Source: Callorhinchus milii
Lineage: Eukaryota
Direction of reading: 5' to 3'
NCBI RefSeq assembly: GCF_018977255.1
Contig: NW_024704742.1
Span: 18,602,001 to 18,666,000, forward strand
DNA: 64,000 nt
The position numbers and the translations under genes were made by a program. Positions 11,714-24,800 of this stretch are shown here, piece after piece (the stretch's first letter is position 1; each line of letters starts with the position of its first letter). Under the pieces are notes generated by a model. It saw only the letters and a list, made by a program, of their open reading frames with translations. It had not been told where the DNA came from and did no database searches.

Positions 11714-12633
11714 GATAATAATAATAATACTCCTTGCATTTTGATATAGCGCCTTATCACATCTTCGAGAAGTTTCAAAGTGCTTCGCAGAATATACGTG
11801 TAACGTGATTTGACTCTATATTTTGTGGGCAAAACGTGGAAGCCAATGGCGCACAGCAGTGTCCCACAAACAGTCATGGATTGAAGTGACCAATTCATTA
11901 TTATTATTATTTTTCGAAGGAATTATTATGTCCGGAAAAGCATTCCGTCAATCGACTAACAACCTGGTTCCTACTTACCTACTTATTTACTTTCCTAAAC
12001 AGAGGCATGTGGAGCAAGGAAACTTGCCCAATGTTTCTCCCTGCTGGGAATTGAGCCCAGGTCTCTTGCTTATCATTCAGAACTCTGCAGCTCGTGTACT
12101 GTCCCTCACCAGGCTTCGGGAACACATCACTCCCACCCTCGCTTGCCTCTCGAATTCAAGATCCTCATCCTCACCTACAAGGCCATTCACGGCCTCGCTC
12201 CCTCCTACCTCTCCGACCTACTATCCCCCTACCTACCCGCCCGTACCCTCCATTCCTCTGGCTCCGGTCTGCTCCACATCCCCCGCCCCAACCGCCCTAC
12301 TATCGGTGGCTGGGTCTTCAGCCTCTCAGCCCCCAGGTTCTGGAACTCTATCCCCCAGTGCCTTTGCCGCCTCCTCCCTTTCCTCCTTCAAGGCCGGTCT
12401 CAAGACCTTTCTCTTTGACCGTGCCTTCAGCTCCCCTCTCGACTCTCTATCCCCTCCTTGCTCCCTCCCTTCCCTCCCCTCACCCTGACCATTTCCCTCC
12501 TGCTCGGGTCCTGACCCAACTGTACAGCACCTTGGGACGTCCTCCCGACGTGAAAGGCGCTCAATAAATGGAATCTTGTTGTTGTTGTTGTTGTTATGAG
12601 GTGAGTACTTTAACCACTGAGATACATGACTCC
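11714..12633 (-). mobile_element. SINE family A, long variant, split by an L2 insertion
   Basis: Tail and body at 11714..12073. The rest of the tRNA head (gaggtgagtactttaaccactgagatacatgactcc) is at 12598..12633. Confidence 0.88.
12074..12593 (+). mobile_element. L2 LINE 3' fragment nested in SINE A
   Basis: IQNSAARVLSLTRLREHITPTLA, then EFKILILTYKAIHGLAPSYLSDLLSPYLPARTLHSS...FWNSIP; ends in (gtt)n. Confidence 0.93.
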
Positions 12634-12689
12634 ACAACCTAATGAGGGTAGTTAGGGTAGATGAGAGAGGTGACCATGAGGACCTTAAA

Positions 12690-13110
12690 ATAGATTAGCT
12701 GAGAGACAGTAGTTGAGCTTGGCAAGGACAAAGGCAATGGATATGCAGAGTTGTGCAGGTGAGAATGTGGGCAGCGGAGCTTTGGATAAATTTGAGTTCA
12801 TGGATGGTGAAGTCAGGGAGACCAGTGAGGACCACCATTGGAAAGGTCCAGGCGGAAGATAACAAAGGCAGGGATAAGGGTTTCAGTAGCATTTGATGTG
12901 AGATAGGGTTGGAGGTGAGCAATGTGGCAGAGATGAAGAAAAGCAGGATTGGTCAGACACCAGATATGAGGGAGAAAGGAGAACTGAGGATTAAACCAGA
13001 TATCAATGTTACACATAGTTTGATGAGTTTGAGTGGACTGCCAGGGAGGTTGAGGAGGTCAGAGCCAGAAGTACGGAGATGTTAGAGCCAAGGAGGATGG
13101 TTTCTGTCTT
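12690..13110 (-). mobile_element. L2 LINE ORF2 internal fragment
   Basis: Peptides HIAHLQPYLTSNATETLIPAFVIFRLDLSN and LKFIQSSAAHILT from ORFs 12813..13016 and 12695..12922. Confidence 0.85.
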
Positions 13111-13164
13111 GTCCATATTTAGTTGTCATGCTTTTGTTTGAAGCATTTACAGAAGTGTAGTCTG

Positions 13165-13505
13165 ATTTTTCAGCCAGCTGAGTCTCTGACACATATTTAA
13201 GCCCATCACCATGCTTAAGAGTATCAAACCAGATTGAGAGTCCATGTATGCCATCTATAAATAGAAATTCCTGTGTATAGAATGGAATGCATGTTCTCTC
13301 CCCAGAGGGAGGCATCCTGTTTCCCTAATTCCGCAGAGTATTAGGTATAGTTTGGCAAGAGCTTGGGACCTCAGAGGTGCGTTGGGGGTAGTTCTAGAGT
13401 TTAACCAGCCCAAACCATATAGCTTGCCATTGAAAGCACTGTCTGGCAAGCTTCCTGCTGCTTGTCCAGCTAGGACCAGGACTTTGTCTTGCAGGGTTAA
13501 CATGA
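13165..13505 (-). mobile_element. Repeat family R copy
   Basis: Homologous to 2461..2876. Peptide remnants LAKLYLILCGIRETG and DGIHGLSIWFDTLKHG. Confidence 0.6.
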
Positions 13506-13988
13506 TCTGAGTGCTAGTATTGGCATGACTTTTTCTGATGATCCAATATTGGGATTAAGATGCTTCTACCATCTACAAAGGGTTTAAGGATTGGTTAAAA
13601 TCTAAAAATGTAGGGTTGTATCAGGGATCCAAACCAGTTTACCATCCAATCAGATTATATCATTCTCTCAGGATTTATAACATCTGCAGAAATAAAGAGA
13701 CAGAAAAATACTTTGCTGACAACAGTTAGTTGGCTGTGATTTAAATGCTGATTTAGTTATTCTTATTTCAGAGACATTTACTGACTTGGACAAATGGAAA
13801 TGTTCACCATATGATTATCTTGTATTGCAGTCTGGGGAGTCCAAATATGATCCCTTGTCTGTACTAAGTTAGATAGCTTCAGCAAGAGAGAGGTAATAAG
13901 GATGCTAGAACTGTTTCAGTGCTCCAAATATTGAAAAATTGGCACTGGCTTTTGATAGCTATCCAGTGACCCCCCACCACCCTCCCTC

Positions 13989-14011
13989 CACACACACACA
14001 CACACACACAC
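13989..14011 (+). repeat. (CA)n microsatellite
   Basis: Uninterrupted CA run. Confidence 0.9.
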
Positions 14012-14074
14012 CCTTAGTCTGAGCTTGCTCATTTGCAGTTCTGTAAACAGAGTCTGACACAGAATGGACTTGGA

Positions 14075-15285
14075 ACAACTACAAGAACAAAATGACATTT
14101 GTAAAGCACCTTTCATGTCAGGAGGATGTCCCAAGACGTTGAACAATCGGGGATCAGGACGCGAGCATAGGAGTGTGGGGCAGGGTTGGGATGAGGGAGG
14201 GCAGAGAGGTAGGAGGATGGCTGAAGACATGGTCAAAATAGTGGGTCTTGAGTCATGCCTTGAAGGAGGCAAAGAAAGGAGCAAGATGAAGGGATTGTGG
14301 GATGGAGTTCCAAAGGTGGGGGCAGAGAGGCTGAAAGTCTAGCTGCCGATGGTAGAGCAGGTAGGGTGGGAGACATGGAGCAGGCTGAATGGAGGGAGCG
14401 GACGGGTTGATAAAGGGACAGCAGGTCAGAGAGGTAGGATGGGACAAGGCTATGGAGGGCCTTAAAAATGAGGACAAAGATTTTAATTCTATCCTCTAAG
14501 GGATGGGGAGCCAGTGGAGCCGGGCAAGAGTGGGGATGATGGTGTTACGGAGTCTGGTGCGGGAGAGGACATGATCTGCAACTTGTGGAAGGAAAAGTTG
14601 GGGAGGCCGACAAGGAGGGAGTTTCTGTAGTCGAGCCTTGAGGTGATGAATGCATGTATGAGGGTTTCAGCAGCCTGAGGTGTGAGGCAGTGGCAGAATC
14701 GGGCAATGTTGCAGTGGTGGGGGAAGACAGAGTGGGTCGTGGCACAGATATGGGGGAGAAAGGACAGCTGAGGGTCGAACAAGATGCTGAGGTTCCTGAC
14801 TGGCTTGGTGAGGTAGAGTGTGCAATAACAACAACAAAACAAAATTACATTTGTAAAGCGCCTTTCATGTTGGGAGGACTCCCAAGGCACTGGACAGAGA
14901 GAGTTATGGACCTGAGTGCATCCATGGAAACTGTTACTGACAGTGCCTGAGGTGCAGAGGCGCTGGTGTGAGCCAAACAGGGGGGCCTCGGTCTTGCTGA
15001 TGTTCAGCTATAGAAAGTTGGCTCTCATCAGTTGTCCTGGGATCGAGGGTGGAGGCAAAGAGATAGAATTGGGTGTCACCTCCGTTCATGTGGAAGTTGG
15101 CTCCGTGTCTGCAGATGACGTCACCAAAGGAGAGCATGTAGAGATTGAAGAGGAGGGGACCGAGGACAGAGCCCTAAGCAACACTGCACAAGACTGTGCG
15201 GGGGCTGGAAGCGAAACCATTGGCGGAGACAAATTGGAGATGGTGTGAGAGAAAAGACCTGAACCATTCAAGGACAGAACCTTGA
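14075..15285 (-). mobile_element. L2 LINE, 5'-truncated (RT C-terminal half to tail), with a tail-only L2 insert at about 14826..14893
   Basis: [23 protein letters not shown] (decayed YADD), AETLIHAFITSRLDYRNSLLVGLP, LWNSIPQSLHLAP; tail near 14075..14140. Confidence 0.92.
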
Positions 15286-15909
15286 AGGAAGAAACAAAGC
15301 CAGGTGCAGCTGAAATTTGTAATGAGGGAGAAAAGAGTTACTGGAGTATGTCTATAATAAATAAGTCAGACAATTGGAAAATTATTGTCTCATTCCATTT
15401 TTAAGTATCAGGATTAAGTTATCAACCACTGTATTTATGGACCCTCTAAAAGTATTTACAGTAAGATCTCTGATAAGTTCACTTGTATTTACATTACATT
15501 CCCATTTTTCAAAACACAGTCATATTTGTCAACCTGAAGCATATATGCAATATAACTTGACTTTATATTTCCTTAAACATGTCATGTGATGCATTTAAAC
15601 AATCCAAATGAGATGCATTTGGAAAATCTAAAACCAATAAATTCAGGTTGTTTGGATTAATTTGGCTGTTCAACAAGTGAGTAGTTTGTTTCTGCAATTC
15701 AGAGACTCTCTGGTTACACCTTTCACCAAATCCCCCTCCCAAACTGACGTGGTAGCAGAGTGGCCTAATCTCCCAAACTTCCCTCGTTCTGTCCCCCTAT
15801 TTCTCCAACTCCTTCCCCTCTTTTGAACATTTAACCCTGAACCATCCCTCCATCTCCTTCAAAATCCTCCTCATTTATTGTTCTCCCAAACCCTCTGTAC
15901 CTCTCCGCT

Positions 15910-16700
15910 GCATTCGCCAGTCGACCACACCATCCTCCTCTACTGCCTCTTCTCCCTCATCCACCTCAGTGGGACTGGACTAGACTGGTTTGAGTCCTAT
16001 CTAGCAAACTACCTTCACTTTATCTCTTCGGACGGTTTCTCTGGGTGCACCCCAGGGCTCCATCCTTGGCCCCCACTTCCTCATCAGTATGCACCCTCTG
16101 GTTGATGTCATCCACAGACACAGGGTAAACTTCCACATGTATGCAGATGACGCACAAATCTACTTTTCCTCCAGCTGCGATTCCAGTTCCGCCGATGTTC
16201 TGTCGGCTTATCTGGTAGACATCAGGGCCTGGATGAGCGCTAACTTCTTATAACTAAATATTGACAAGACGGAAGCCATACTTCTTGGCTCCCATCAATA
16301 TCTTCTATCCTGCCGCTCTGACCTCTTCAACCTCCCCGGCCTGTTCCTCATACTCACCGAAGCCGTGCGAAACCAAGGCATCAGGTTCGACCCACAGCTG
16401 TCCTTCCTTCCCCACATCTAGTCCTTGACCAGGACCACCTTCCTTCACCTCCGCCACATTGCCCGCCTCAGACCGTACCTTAACTCAGACGCAACCGAAA
16501 CATTTGTCCGTGCGTTCGTCACATCCCAACTCGACTTTTCAAATACCCTCTTTGCTGGTCTTCCCAGCTCCACCATATACAGGATCCAACTGATCCCAAA
16601 CTCCACCGCCTGCATACTCACAAACACTAAATTCTGTACCCCAATCACACCAGTTTTAGCCAGGCTCCACTGGCTCCCGATCACCGAACGGATCAATTTC
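15910..16700 (+). mobile_element. L2 LINE RT fragment (second subfamily)
   Basis: ttccacatgtatgcagatgacgcacaaatctac translates to [11 protein letters not shown]; also FLHLRHIARLRPYLNSDATETFVRAFVTSQLDFSN...LARLHWLPITERINF. Confidence 0.92.
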
Positions 16701-18837
16701 TTTGATTTCTATTTGATTCTTAATGTATTTTTTTGCTCCCTTTTCAGTTTTATTTGCATATGTTACCTACAAAACCTCTTTGAACTATTTCAAGCAAGAT
16801 ATCCAGATATCTGGATGGCTGCACAACTGGAATGTAAATAATATCTTTTGATTTGGAACAAAAATTGCTGAGATTACCTTTCACCACATAGGCAGGCAAA
16901 AATGAAGGAACCACAAAAAAGGTTCAAGACAATATTAGTGAAAATAATAACTAAAGTGTGATTCTAATCAAGCCATCTGTATTTCATGCTCAGAACCTAT
17001 TTCAAGTGAAGTTTCCCTATCAATTAGGGAAGCCAATGATGGTAAGGAATCATGCATACACAAACCTGCCATTATAATTTTGTTTCAGGTTATTTCTTTT
17101 GCTTAAATAATGGTACTGGAGGCATTGGGAGCTGGAAGATATGTCTGAAAAATTTAGTATCTTTGCTCCTAGCCTTTTTGTAATTCCACTTCCGTTATTT
17201 AGCTAGTGGAAGTCACAAACATTTTCTACGGTGCTTGAGCATGTATAACAATCCTGACATCCTTGCATTGCTTACTCATGAATTCATTCATCTCTGGGTA
17301 GGTGTGTAACATCGATGGGCCATTCGTTCTGACTCTGGCCTTTTCAATATTGAGGAAGATCTTCTGTAAGCAAATGCAAAAGGAGATTTGGCTCAAGAGT
17401 CGCTGATTTTACTCAAACAAATTCTAATATTCCTCTGCCTGAAACCAGACAATGTGGCACAAATCAATGGTAATACCCCAGGCCATCTGAAATCAACTAA
17501 CTGGGCACGGACCATAAATGAAACCTTGGATATTCTGTGTCTCTGTGGTATTGCTTTATTTTGGAAAGTTACTATAACAACTGAGTCAACAGGGAAAAGG
17601 GTATTTCATTTTGGTGTGAAATCTTTGCATTTTTTCCTCTCTTATATTTTTACTGGCGTATCACAGTGAGGAATCACAGTCCTTGAGAACAAAATGTTAT
17701 TTGCTGTGCACCCAATGATAGCACCAAGCGGTCCAAGTTAGAGTTCCATCCAAGCACATAGAATCCAAGTTCCATCCTAAAACATATAATAGCTCAGAAA
17801 TTCAGACTTGAAACAGAGTCCCCCTCACCCTCCAGAATCATAAACATTTACAGCATAGAAGAAGACTATTTGGCCCATGTCTGTGCCAGCTCCTTTAAGA
17901 GCAGTCTTTTCAGTCCCATGTTCCTGTTCTTTCCCATTCCCCTTGCCTCCTTTACAGATATCAACTCTGTTAAGTTCTTGAGGAGGAAAAACAGTGCTTG
18001 GCGAGAGTGGAAACCACTATAGAAATTGTAGAATGACGGACGTGACAGTTCAGATGGGAATAAAAATTGCAATGTATGAACATCGGTGGCAATTTGTTAA
18101 TAAATTTTATTTTATTAATAAATATGGTCTCAACAAGGCCAATCAATAACTGAAGACTAGTTGTTTGGGTGATGTCTCCTTCCCCTTCTCGCCTCCCACC
18201 CTCCTTGACACCATCATAAAGGTTGGGCCTAAAGCTAACATGTGCCAGGGAATTGAAATGCCGATTTGTGGATATCTATGGATATGCAGCTGTGTGTGAT
18301 TATTACTACATCTGGGGCCACTGTGACACAACATTTCAAATATAAAGATCTGTTTTTACAACATACTCACGGATGCCATGGAAACTTTTGTGCGCTGGCC
18401 TCTTAAGAATCTTTCAGCGTATAAAATCTCCAATACATAACCAGACGTGTGCATCAATAGTGCTGCCAGTGCAGATAAAAAACACATCTATTTAATATTG
18501 GAATATTGGATAGCAGTAAATTGCTATTTTAGGCTGATGTTTCAAAGGCGTGTGTTTTCCCTCTCTCTCTCACTCTCTCTCCTACTTGTTACTGTTAGAT
18601 GTTTGTTCAATATTTGGTGACTAAAGTACACATTAGAAATTTCGACACTCAGTTGCTGAACTTCTTAAAGAGGCACTGCCTCTATGGAAAAGGTGTTTGG
18701 CATACTTTTACTTTCTATTGACAAACACCTTCATGCAGTGACGTAAAGTAAAGTTTTTTGCATTTTATATAGCGATTTTCATGTGTGGAGGACATCTAGG
18801 AAGCACTTTACAAGATTTAGTGTGACACCAGTCTGAT

Positions 18838-19245
18838 GTCAGCATGACTCAGTTGGTAGCACTCCCGTCTCTGAGGGTTAAGTCTGTGGGTTCAAGCCCG
18901 ACACAGGTACTTTGAACTTACATACACTAGACTGACTCACCAATACTGCTGGAGTGTTGGAGATGTTGTGTTTCAGTTAAGATGTTAAACTGAGGTCCTA
19001 TCTGCCTAATCAGGTGGACATTAAAGATTCCATGATACTATTTGGAAAGAGAAGGGAATTTCTCCTCGTGTCGTGGACAACAATCCCCTAGATGAATCTG
19101 ATTATTTACTCATGGCTGTTTGTGAGACATTGCTATAAGTTGGCTGCCATCTTCACCTACAAAATGCACAGTGGCTACATTTTACAGTAAATCTTGTGTA
19201 GCTCTTTGAGACAACTTCCAAGCATGGAAGGTGCTATTTAGTTGT
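18838..19245 (+). mobile_element. DeuSINE/SacSINE-like SINE, family B
   Basis: tRNA-like head gactcagttggtagcactcccgtctctgag...gtgggttcaagccc, then Deu-domain-like agatgttaaactgaggtcctatctgcctaatcaggtggacattaaagattccatg. Confidence 0.8.
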
Positions 19246-19286
19246 AAAATATAGTGACTGTATATGTAGGTGAACAAATACATTGT

Positions 19287-19599
19287 GGTGTCCTGTAGCT
19301 CAGTGGTTAGAGCACTTGCCTCGTAAGTGAGAGACCTGGGTTCAATTCCTGGCAGGGTGAAACCTAGGGCAAGTTTCCTTACTCCACACGCTTGATAATA
19401 ATCCCTCAAGAAAATAAAACAGTACTAAATTAGTCACTTCAATCCATGACTGTTTGTGGGACACTGCTGTGCGCAATTGGCTGCTGCATTTCACCCACAA
19501 ATATACAGTCAATTCACTTCACAGTGTATTCTTTGAAGTGCTTTGAGACGTCTAGAAGATGAGAAAAGCGCTATATTAAGCACAAGGATTATTATTATT
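19287..19599 (+). mobile_element. SINE family A, short variant
   Basis: tcctgtagctcagtggttagagcacttgcctcgtaagtgagagacctgggttcaattcc at the start; agcgctatattaagcacaaggattattatt at the end. Confidence 0.92.
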
Positions 19600-20087
19600 T
19601 TATTTGTAGCCAAAAAATAAACTATGACAAGAATACATCATTTGCCAAGATAAAATCTTGAAAAGAATAACGTCTGATTGCTTCTCGATCATCCAGTCTC
19701 CAAAAAAAATTGTTTCACTGCACGGTCGTTAACTTGGATGAAGGAGAAATGAGAGATTATAGTTATGTCATTTGGGAGCTTGCACTAGAACAGAAAATAC
19801 TGAAAGGTGTTGAGAGGATATTAGATAATGAAAGCCAGTAATCAATAGTAAATCAGTAACAAAGGGACATAAACTCAGGATTGTCACTGTAAGTGGTTAG
19901 GAAGTTAGAATGTGTTTTTATACCGAGAATTATTAGAACATAGAATGCTTTGTCAGAAGTGGTTATCAAGTCTGATACCATGTCACTTATAAGAGAAGTA
20001 GGTCAACATTTGAAGAAAAACTAAATATAAATGGGGAAGGAAGAGAGCAATGATTTGAGAGCAGGACCAAATGTTTAGAGCAGGTAG

Positions 20088-20360
20088 CAACAACAACAAT
20101 AACAACTTGCCTTTATATAGCGCCCTTCATGTAGACTAACATCTCGGAGCACTTCAGAATGGTGTGGCAGAACCTGAGTAGGGAGGGGATGGCAAGGTGG
20201 GGAGGAGATGGTGCCAATAGGCACAGTCTAAGAAATAGGTTTAAGACAGTGGTTGTAGACAGATGTGGGGGAAGGGGCGATGGGGGAGGCGGAGGAATCG
20301 AATTCCAGAGGTTAGAGTATAGAATTAGAAAGCTCGTCCATCGATGGAGGCTGAGGATTG
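20088..20360 (-). mobile_element. L2 LINE 3' end fragment
   Basis: (caa)n cttgcctttatatagcgcccttcatg tail on the plus strand, followed by purine-rich L2 3' sequence. Confidence 0.7.
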
Positions 20361-21779
20361 TGCAGCAAAACTTTAGTTAGCAAAAGTGGTGGAACTGGCA
20401 TCAGCACCCAATGGACCAAATAACCTCCTCTGTGCTGGAAAGATTCTAGCATTCTATTCACTGTTTTGATAAAGACATTGGCTCTATTGAACTATGAATA
20501 TGTTGACCTATGAAAAATACGAACCAGCCTCAGACGCTCTTTTTAATCAATGCTAACATCAAAGGTGCACTGTTCAAAATAAGCATTTCAAGCTAACCAA
20601 GTAAACAGTGCCCCAGCCTCTGTCGAGCACGCTGGAGAAATATTGTTCACATTCTGCTTTACCTTGGCATCTGCGGTGCCTGTGGTGCACCCTGGGTTGG
20701 ATATTTTAGAAGGAAAATAAAGAAGCTTCAGATTTCTCAGATCAAAGACTTCTTGTCTGGAATTTCAAATAAAAACTTTTCCTTACTTTCAAAATAAATA
20801 TTTTCACATGCAAACAAGGAAGTTTGGAGTTTAAATCGGTACGCTGTAAAAATGTTGTATGCTTATCCTCTTTCTGAAATCTCTGCCATTGACCACCAAG
20901 GTTTTTACTGAATGGGGAATGAAACATTCCTACACCCATTGCATTCAGAATTTATCCCTAGGTACAATTAATCAATTTTCTGTCCAGCCGATAAAGTGTT
21001 CCAAAATTTAAGAACAGCAATAAATAACGATTGTCTCATAGGCTTTTTTAGGAACATCTCAATTTCACAGGCTAAAACAAGTTGGTCTTTATTCTTTTCA
21101 TTCCCCTTCAATCCATTTTTCCTGCGTAATGTTTATGTCAAACCCTCTTCATTCCTTTGTCAATGTACTCCTCAAACAAGTCGATTGTCCTTTTGATCAT
21201 CTTTCCTCTCCCACCCTCCTCGTCACTCAACCCAAGCTCAGGTGCCCAGGCAATGTTGTCAAGCTTTTAGACATCCTCCCAATGTGAAAGGCACTATAGA
21301 AATGTAAAGTGTACTATATTGTATCTGTAGAAAGGAATGTCTTAAGATAAAGAGAGAGAGGCAAAGTTCTCAAACATATGGAGGGACCTAATGTTGGATG
21401 TTGGAGATCATGGAGTGAGTGAATAATCTTACACACAACATAGAACGGTAATCATACAGTATAAACACAGAACATATACATAAAGAAATCTATGAGGCAT
21501 AGAGCAAGGCAAACAACATGAATAACATTCATATATTTGTCACACAGTGATGCCCTCTGTGTTCTCCATCTGATAACAGTGACATTGAAGAAAGGCATCC
21601 CAACTTACCATGGTAATTGAGATGAGTTACCAGGAAAGGTGGTGGAGAAGGGGACATTGGAGATGTATTCTAAAAAGAGGAGATCAAATGGGCTGACAGA
21701 TGAGGTGGATTTTCAGGCCTAATATATCCTATCTGATAGAAAAGTCTAACAGTAGAGATGAATATTTGATCATGTGAGC

Positions 21780-23200
21780 AATGAATAGATGAGCAAGGGC
21801 TCTTCAGTCTTGGAAGGATATATCTCAGAGAGGACCATCAGAGGTGTATAAATATTTAAATAAGATTGAAAACGTAAAGCTAGAACAGTAGCTTCAGATG
21901 CACCAAGGTGGTATAGTAGGAGAACATGGGTTAACAGTTGCAGGGGACAATTTTAGGACAGACATAATTTTGTTGTTCTTTACCCAGAGGTTAATTAATG
22001 ACTGGAAAGGTGGTTGAGGCCAAGATACTGCATGATGCTTGATTCGCTCATACCTCTCCCTCCACTCGCTACTCAAAGTCTTCTAGTCAACAACGCTCGT
22101 CAAAGTAATAAATGACATCCTCTCCCAGTGACCATGGCTTCCCCTGCCTCCTTGTTCTCCTGGACCTCTCCACCGTGTTCAACACAGTCGATCACGCCAT
22201 CCTCCTCCACCACCTCTCCTCCCTCGTCCACCTTAGTGGGACCACATTTGCATGGCTTGAGTCCTACTTAAACTGCCAATAATACGTCTCGGCAAATGGT
22301 TTTTCCTCCTTCCCCTGAATGGTCACCTGCAAGGCACCCCAAGAACCTATCCTTGGTCCCATTCTTTTTGTTATATATATATGGTCTCTTTTGGCAATGT
22401 CATCTGCAGACATGGGGTCAACTTCCACATGTATGCTGATGACACACAAATCTTCTTCTCCTCCAGCTGCGACTCGCAGTCCGTTGATGTCCTGTCAGCT
22501 TGTTTGACAGACATCAAGATCTGGATGAGTACAAATATTCTACAGCTGAATGTCAGCAAGATGGAAGCAATTCTCTTTGGCTCCGTCAACTTCTTCTCTC
22601 CTGCGGGTCTGAATTCCTCAACCTCTCCGGGCTCTCTCTCAGACTCACCAAACCCGTGCGCAACTTGTGCATCAGGTTCGATCCCCAGCTTTCGTTTCTA
22701 CCACACATCCGTTCCCTAACCGGGGCTGTTTTCTTCCAGCTCCGCCACATTGTCCGAAACCCTCGTCCACGCCTTCATCACTTCCAGGCAGGACTATTCC
22801 AATGCCCTCCTCACTGGTCTCCCCAGCTCCACGATACGCAAAATTCAATTAATTCAAAACTCCGCTGCCAGACTCCACTAGCTAACAATTACTAACTAAT
22901 CAATTTCAAGATCCTCTCACTCGTTTCCATATCCCTTCTTGCCCTTGCACCTCCATACCTATCCGACCGGCTTACTCCCCACCTTCAAATTCCACCTAAA
23001 GACCTTTTTTGATCATGCTTATGGTCACCTCCCACCTCCGTCTCCCCCGGCTCGTTGTCAGACTCCACCACTGTCAAGTGCTCTGAGACGCTACCCCATG
23101 TGAAGGGTGTTATATAAATGCAAGTTGTCGTGGTTGTGAGAATAGATAAAGTGAGAATCTTGAAGGGATGAGATCAGAACCAAACCAATCTTGTAATCTT
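21780..23200 (+). mobile_element. CR1-type LINE 3' end, interrupted by an L2
   Basis: 21780..22020 translates to LFSLGR...EVYKYLN...HGLTVAGDNFRTDIILLFFTQRLINDW (CR1 ORF2 end). 23140..23200 resembles the CR1 3' UTR seen inverted at about 37240 and 5800. Confidence 0.65.
22050..23135 (+). mobile_element. L2 LINE, 5'-truncated
   Basis: PQEPILGPILFVIY and [22 protein letters not shown]; tail gtgctctgagacgctaccccatgtgaagggtgttatataaatgcaagttgtcgtggttgt. Confidence 0.93.
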
Positions 23201-24464
23201 TAAATTGTAATTTCAGTTGATCTTGAGGTTGCCGAGTTAATTTTAGACATCTGGTGGAAATTGAAGCCTCCCAAATACTGAATCTTGAAATAACATATTT
23301 TTTACATCATGGGTGGGAGCGGATAGCAACAATCATACATATAGACAATTGGATGTGGGTGTGCTTTCAATTATTATTTCAGTCAAGATCATTTTGTCTA
23401 CAATGTTTAGACAAAATTTAGGGTTCACCACACTGATGAACCACAAGAATGCTTCAAAAACATAGTAATACTATAATATTTTATGTCTAAAACATAAAAC
23501 ATATTTCAAAATAACCCATACATTTTGCAACTCAAAGTTTTAGATAATGTTTTCTCAAATATTGTCTTTCATCTGGGATTATTTTTTACAACTTTGGCAA
23601 CATGGATTTTTATCGTTGACAATTTGCTGAACTGGAAATTTGGTGCCTGTTGTGAAATTTAATTCAGTTGATCAATGGCAAATGACAATGAGATACATAA
23701 TATTTGTGCATGTTCTGCTCTATGTTGCCACTGGTACAAAGACAGAATAAGTGACTAATCTAAATTCTATCAGTGTTTTCTTACCTTTGGGTTGAATTAA
23801 TTTGGGGCTAATATTAGAATGTAACTGCGAAAAAAAACTATCTTGTGGGATTCTGGAAGCAAAAGTATTAATTCCCATGGCACGATCCTGTGCAAAATAC
23901 ATTCATGCTTATGTTTTATAATGCTTTGAGTTATTAATTCAGAAGTATTTCATTGATATTTTCTGAAACTTTAATAACCTACCCATTGAACACTTCTAAA
24001 TATCCTGCATCAAATCCAAAAGGAAGTTAATCAAATTGTGGATTTCCATTAAATATAATGATCTAATTTTACTATTAAAGCTTATTAATGTTTTACAATC
24101 CTTCTATAGATTACGCTTCAGACTGATGAACGTGCAGAATTGTGAGACACAGATACCATAGTTAAAAGAAAGGCCCATCAATTATTCATCGTGATATGGG
24201 TTTACTTCCATTTCATATACTAAGATTTATTGAAAATATTTTGGAAAGTTGTAAATGAATTCATTAAAATTGAAACAAATACTGCTATGTATCCAATCAT
24301 ATTTGCCAAGCAAACTTTTCTTCTTTATCGCTATCAACCTTACTTGCTTTTTCTTTTTCTGAAGGCATTTGACTCCTGTTTCCATTATACTGAGGTTCAG
24401 CTCCAAAAGGCCTTTAATACCTCACTCCAGTGAGCATTATTCATGCCTGAGCCTTGACAGAAGT

Positions 24465-24800
24465 GCTAACAGTTGCAGTCTCACCTCCGAGTCAAAAGGT
24501 TGTGGGTTCTAAACCTCACGTCAGGAGCTCATAATCTAGATTAATATACACTTCTGCGGGAGTGTTTCATTGCCACAGGTGCCATATTTGAAAGGAGAAG
24601 TGAGTTTCTCCCAGTGCCCTGACCAACTGTCCCCTAGATAAAATTGATCATTCACTTTGTAGCTGTTTCGGGGACATGGCTGTGGGCAAATTGGTTGCCG
24701 TGCTCTACAAATGCACAATCACTGCACTTTATAGTAATTTGAAGGCTTTGAGGTGTCTCAAAGACGTGATAAGGTGCTTTATTATATCAAATGCAAGAAT
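24465..24800 (+). mobile_element. SINE family B, decayed
   Basis: tctcacctccgagtcaaaaggttgtgggttctaaacc head; 3' part gtgataaggtgctttattatatcaaatgcaag. Confidence 0.7.

Noticed and set aside
11823..12488. Longest ORF in the window (221 aa)
   Set aside because: Chance read-through of an antisense SINE into an L2 fragment, mostly out of the L2 frame; not a gene.
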